Source of the DNA: Octopus bimaculoides
Taxonomy: Eukaryota
Assembly: GCF_001194135.2 (NCBI RefSeq)
Contig: NC_068981.1
Span: 135,206,611-135,270,610 of the forward strand
Direction: 5' to 3'
Length of the DNA stretch: 64,000 nucleotides
The position numbers and the translations under genes were made by a program. The notes under the pieces are model-generated. The model was not told where the DNA came from and made no database searches. It was given only the letters and a program-made list of their open reading frames with translations. The stretch's first letter is position 1, and every line of letters begins with the position of its first letter. Shown in pieces: positions 60,223-64,000 of the stretch.

Positions 60223-61038
60223 CAGGGTGCAATGAGTAAATTTTTGCCATTTTATAGTTTTAATTTTGTGCATGCACATAATTCACTCTGCCAGAAATTT
60301 GGAAACAACATGCTGTACTACTTGGCATTTGCACCAGAAGCTCCAATATGAACATTTCAGAGTGTTTGGGTGTCAATCTGAGGACAGATTGGTCCCAAAA
60401 CATGTACCAAGAGTGATAAAAATCAAACATCCAGTCAACATCATGGTGTTTAGAGTGATCACTAGGGATGGCAACATTATGCCTCCATTCATCTTCCCAC
60501 ATGGTCTCAGACTCAATACAGAGGCCTACATGAAGTGCCTGGAGAAGGTAGTGCTTCCCTGGGTCAAGAGGGTGGCTGCTGGAAGACCCTGTGTCTGATG
60601 TCTGGCAACAGGACTCTGCACCATGCCACACAAGCAGAAGAACACAGTCATGGCTGTCAGACAATTTCTGCGACCACATCACCCCTAACATCTGGCCACC
60701 TAACTCCCCAGACTGCAACCCCCTTCATTATTATGTATGGGGCACAGTTGTGCGAGAGACCAACAAAACTCCTTGTAACACCCAGGATGAACTGAAGACA
60801 AGGATTGTGGCAGCATTCACCAACTTAAACAAGGAGACCCTCCAGAAGAGTTGCAAAAGATTCCGAAGTCGTCAGGAGAATGTGGTTGAAGTGAATGGCA
60901 ATTTTATTGAATGAATTAACTCTTTAGTATTTCAATGTATTTTCATGTAATTTTGGTAAATATATCTATTAAAATGAGATGTCAGTGTTATCTTCCATTT
61001 TTGCATAATTTAGATGACAGTTTATTCACCGCACCCTG
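60223..61038 (+). mobile_element. Internally deleted Tc1/mariner element, DD37D (maT) type
   Basis: TA-CAGGGTGC...GCACCCTG-TA termini; transposase C-half ...WQQDSAPCH...WPPNSPDCNPLHYYVW...NGNFIE* with 37 residues between second D and third catalytic position (now H). Confidence 0.9.
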
Positions 61039-61057
61039 TATTTGCATGTGTGTGTAT

Positions 61058-61405
61058 CATCATCATCATCAACATTTAACATCTGTTTTCCATGCTAGCT
61101 TTGGACGGCTTGACAGGAACTGGCAAGGTCAGGGGCTGTGTATGTATGTGTGTGTGTGTGTTTATATCTGTTCATCTTGACATTGTGTGATAGCTGTAAG
61201 TTGGTGTCGCTGTCAAGCAAGCAGTATCATTTGTTTCCAATCTTCCATGCAAACATGTCTGGTCACAGTGAAATATTACCCTTGCTTGGAAGCAAGTGAG
61301 GGTTAGTGACAGGAAGGGCATCTGGCCATAGAAAATCTACTTCAACAAATTATGCCTGACCCTACAGTCATGGAAAAATGAATGTTAAAACAATGATGAT
61401 GATGA
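61058..61405 (-). mobile_element. Family C SINE tail(s), diverged, two orientations
   Basis: catcatcaacatttaacatctgttttccatgc; gacaggaagggcatctggccatagaaaatc...aaaacaatgatgatgatg. Confidence 0.6.
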
Positions 61406-61744
61406 TAATGCACAAAAATATAAAAAAATAAGAAATATAAATTGAAGGCTGATTCATATATAATAGATTTCCTATCATTTTAAAAGATTATGATTTCAGA
61501 CACAGCAAATTGGAAGAACGCACTATTATGTATGAAGTCTACTATTTTATTCTTACAGAGAATTCATTTATTGTTGATTTCCTGAGTGTCTTCTTGGTAT
61601 CTTTACACAAATTTGGAATGATCTACAAAAGCAATAAACCAATCACAAAGAATTTCTGAGTTGCTTTTTTACAGGAATAAAAGAGTTAAATGGAAATGGT
61701 CTTAATGAAAGACAATTTTGTTGGTTTTGTAGAAAAAAATATTC

Positions 61745-62085
61745 TTTTATCTTTTACTTGTTTCAATCATTGACAAAATCAACACCAATACATACTTTTA
61801 TTTAAAAGTCTGGTACTTATTCTATTGGTCTTATGTGTGGAACTGCTAAATTATGCAGACATAAATAAACCAACACTGGTTGTTAAGCAGTGGGGGACAA
61901 ACACAAACACAAAGACACACACACACATGATGGGTTTCCACACAGTTTTTGTCAACCAAATTCACTCACAAAGCATAGATTGACCCATGGATATGATAGA
62001 AGACAGTTGCCTAAAGTACTACACCATGGGAGTGAACTCAAAATCACATGGCCCCAAAGCAAGCCTCTTAACCACACAACCGTGC
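61745..62085 (-). mobile_element. SINE family A, old diverged copy
   Basis: cttttacttgtttcaatcattg...cttaaccacacaaccgtgcctgca. Confidence 0.7.
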
Positions 62086-62390
62086 CTGCAGTTATGGTGT
62101 ATGAAACAATTAATAGACCTTTGTTGTTTATTTTTTCCAAACAACTGGCTTTTTAAAAAATAGTTTTTAAGTATTCTTTTAGTCTTTTAGATTCAATCTG
62201 CTGTTATGCTGGGCCAGTGCCTTCAAGATTTGTTGGTTACTTCAATCCTAGTATTCTATCTGGTACTTACTTTGGTGCTGTCCAAAGGAGGAAAGCAAAG
62301 TTGATTTGTGTAGGATTCTAATGCAGATTGTAAAGTTATTTTAATCCATGCTCTATGATGGGATGTCCTTCCTAACACCAACTTTTTACT

Positions 62391-62660
62391 GGTGCTTTGT
62401 GAAGGGCCAAGTTCTGTCAAGAATGTATGAGTGCTTGTACTTGGCTGTTGTTCAACCATTTCAAGCAAGGCCTCATTTCCCACAACAGAAGATCTCCCTG
62501 GCCTTGGTTTGTCTTTAAGGCTCATGTTACTTTCCTTGAAACATCTGATCTAGTTTTGTGCTACACATTCATTGACAGTTTCTGGGTCTTCCACATGACT
62601 AATTTCTTTTGCCACTGCCCTTGCACCAAGTCCTTTTTTCCACTCATAACTGAAGCTGTA
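62391..62660 (-). pseudogene. Mariner transposase N-terminal (HTH) fragment
   Basis: YEWKKGLGARAVAKEISHVEDPETVNECVAQN*IRCFKESNMSLKDKPRPGRSSVVGNEALLEMVEQQPSTSTHTFLTELGPSQST matches mariner W(F)xxFxxG-SLEDxxRSGRP. Confidence 0.8.
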
Positions 62661-62694
62661 AAATCAATAATAAACAATTAATGTTTATATACTT

Positions 62695-63100
62695 TACTCT
62701 TACTTGTTTCAGTCATTTGACTGCAGCCATGCTGGAGCACCGCCTTTAGTCGAGCAAATCGACCCCAAGACTTATTCTTTGGAAGCCTAGTACTTATTCT
62801 ATCGGTCTCTTTTGCCGAACCACTAAGTTTTGGGGATGTAAACACACCATCATCAGTTGTCAAGCGATGTTGGGGGGGGGGGACAAGCACAGACACACAA
62901 ACACATACACTCACATACATACATATATATATACATATATACAACAGGCTTCTTTCAGTTTCCATCTACCAAATCCACTCACAAGGCTTTGGTTGGCCCG
63001 AGGCTATAGTAGAAGACACTTGCCCAAAGTGCCACATAGTGAGAATGAACCTGGAACCATGTGGTTGGTAAGCAAGCTACTTATCACACAGCCACTCCTG
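62695..63100 (-). mobile_element. SINE family A, full length
   Basis: Collinear reverse complement of 42692-43094. Confidence 0.9.
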
Positions 63101-63747
63101 CTATATATGAAGATAAAGAATAAACAATTCAGCAACGACCGGACAGCAAATTGTATCAAATTAATGACATAACATGGAGATACAAGTTGCCAAAAAACAT
63201 CAGTGGAAATCTGAAAAAAACTTTTGACTCAATCTGGAAACCTGTCCTCATGTGAAAAATATTAAGTAAAAAATTAGCAATGTTTATTGACATTTCCTGC
63301 AAATGAATTGCATTCCACAAAGCCTATTCAAAGATGAATAGAATAAAAAAATCCATTAGTTGAAAAAGGAAAGAGGTTAGCAACAGGAAAGGCATCTGGT
63401 TGCAAATCAATGCCTCAGTTCATATTTATCCAACCCATATTGACATGCAAAACTGGATGTAAAACATACAAGTGAATTCAGCTCTTATTTCAGGAGCACC
63501 ATTATTGTTTGAATATGAGTATTTAGAATCTCTCATTAATTTCCTTCCTTTTAACTTTCCCCCCGAAGGGCTGTGTCCAAAATGCTGGATTTTCCACTCT
63601 TCATCTCAAGCTCCCTGTACTCTTTTTATTGATTTTACCACATAATATAAGTCTTTCCATTTACAGAACTACACCAAGCTCAGCAGAGTCTGTTCAATAG
63701 TAAATCAATAGCCCGTGTCAAGAATACTGTATTTGATTGCATATATA

Positions 63748-64000
63748 CTCTTTTACTCTCTTTTACTTGTTTCAGTCATTTGACTGTGGCCATGCTGGAG
63801 CACCGCCTTTAGTCGAGCAAATCGACCCCGGGACTTATTCTTTGTAAGCCTAGTACTAATTCTATCGGTCTCTTTTTGCCAAACCGCTAAGTGACGGGGA
63901 CATAAACACACCAGCATCGGTTGTCAAGCAATGCTAGGGGGACAAACACAGACACACAAACATACACACACACATACATACATACATACATACATACATA
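63748..64000 (-). mobile_element. SINE family A 3' part (runs off window)
   Basis: ctcttttacttgtttcagtcatttgactgtggccatgctggagcaccgcc. Confidence 0.9.

Noticed and set aside
63667-63730. Possible plus-strand exon (TTTACAG|..LHQAQQSLFNSKSIARVKNT)
   Set aside because: Weak donor and no recognisable protein.
1-64000. CRISPR arrays, rRNA genes, prokaryotic operons
   Set aside because: No repeat-spacer periodicity, rRNA motifs or gene-dense coding; sequence is eukaryotic and repeat-rich.

Overview
AT-rich, gapped draft eukaryotic genomic DNA, mostly intronic/intergenic and dense in microsatellites and SINEs. The repeat families look like those of an Octopus genome (inferred from recognition, not a search). 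Host-gene content is small: the 5' end of an unidentified minus-strand gene (ATG at 9023, candidate exons 8984-9023, 8841-8897, 1790-1887, continuing off the left edge) and a possible promoter near 33.4 kb. Transposon fossils: RTE, CR1/L2-like and two R4/Dong-like LINE 3' ends, a hAT remnant, an internally deleted DD37D/maT element, a mariner N-terminus, several foldback/MITE elements (one Merlin-like with a 9-bp TSD and telomeric repeats), and many copies of three tRNA-derived SINE families. Main observation: hammerhead-ribozyme (HHR) motifs not explained by any ORF. The best lies in a 349-bp unit with 54-bp terminal redundancy (25687-26089) that base-pairs over most of its length, as expected for a retrozyme/circular-RNA-like element. 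Up to seven further HHR or HHR-like motifs lie between 14.7 and 36.8 kb. All structures were derived by eye; cleavage activity and novelty are untested. Most long ORFs in the supplied track are artefacts of N gaps or simple repeats.
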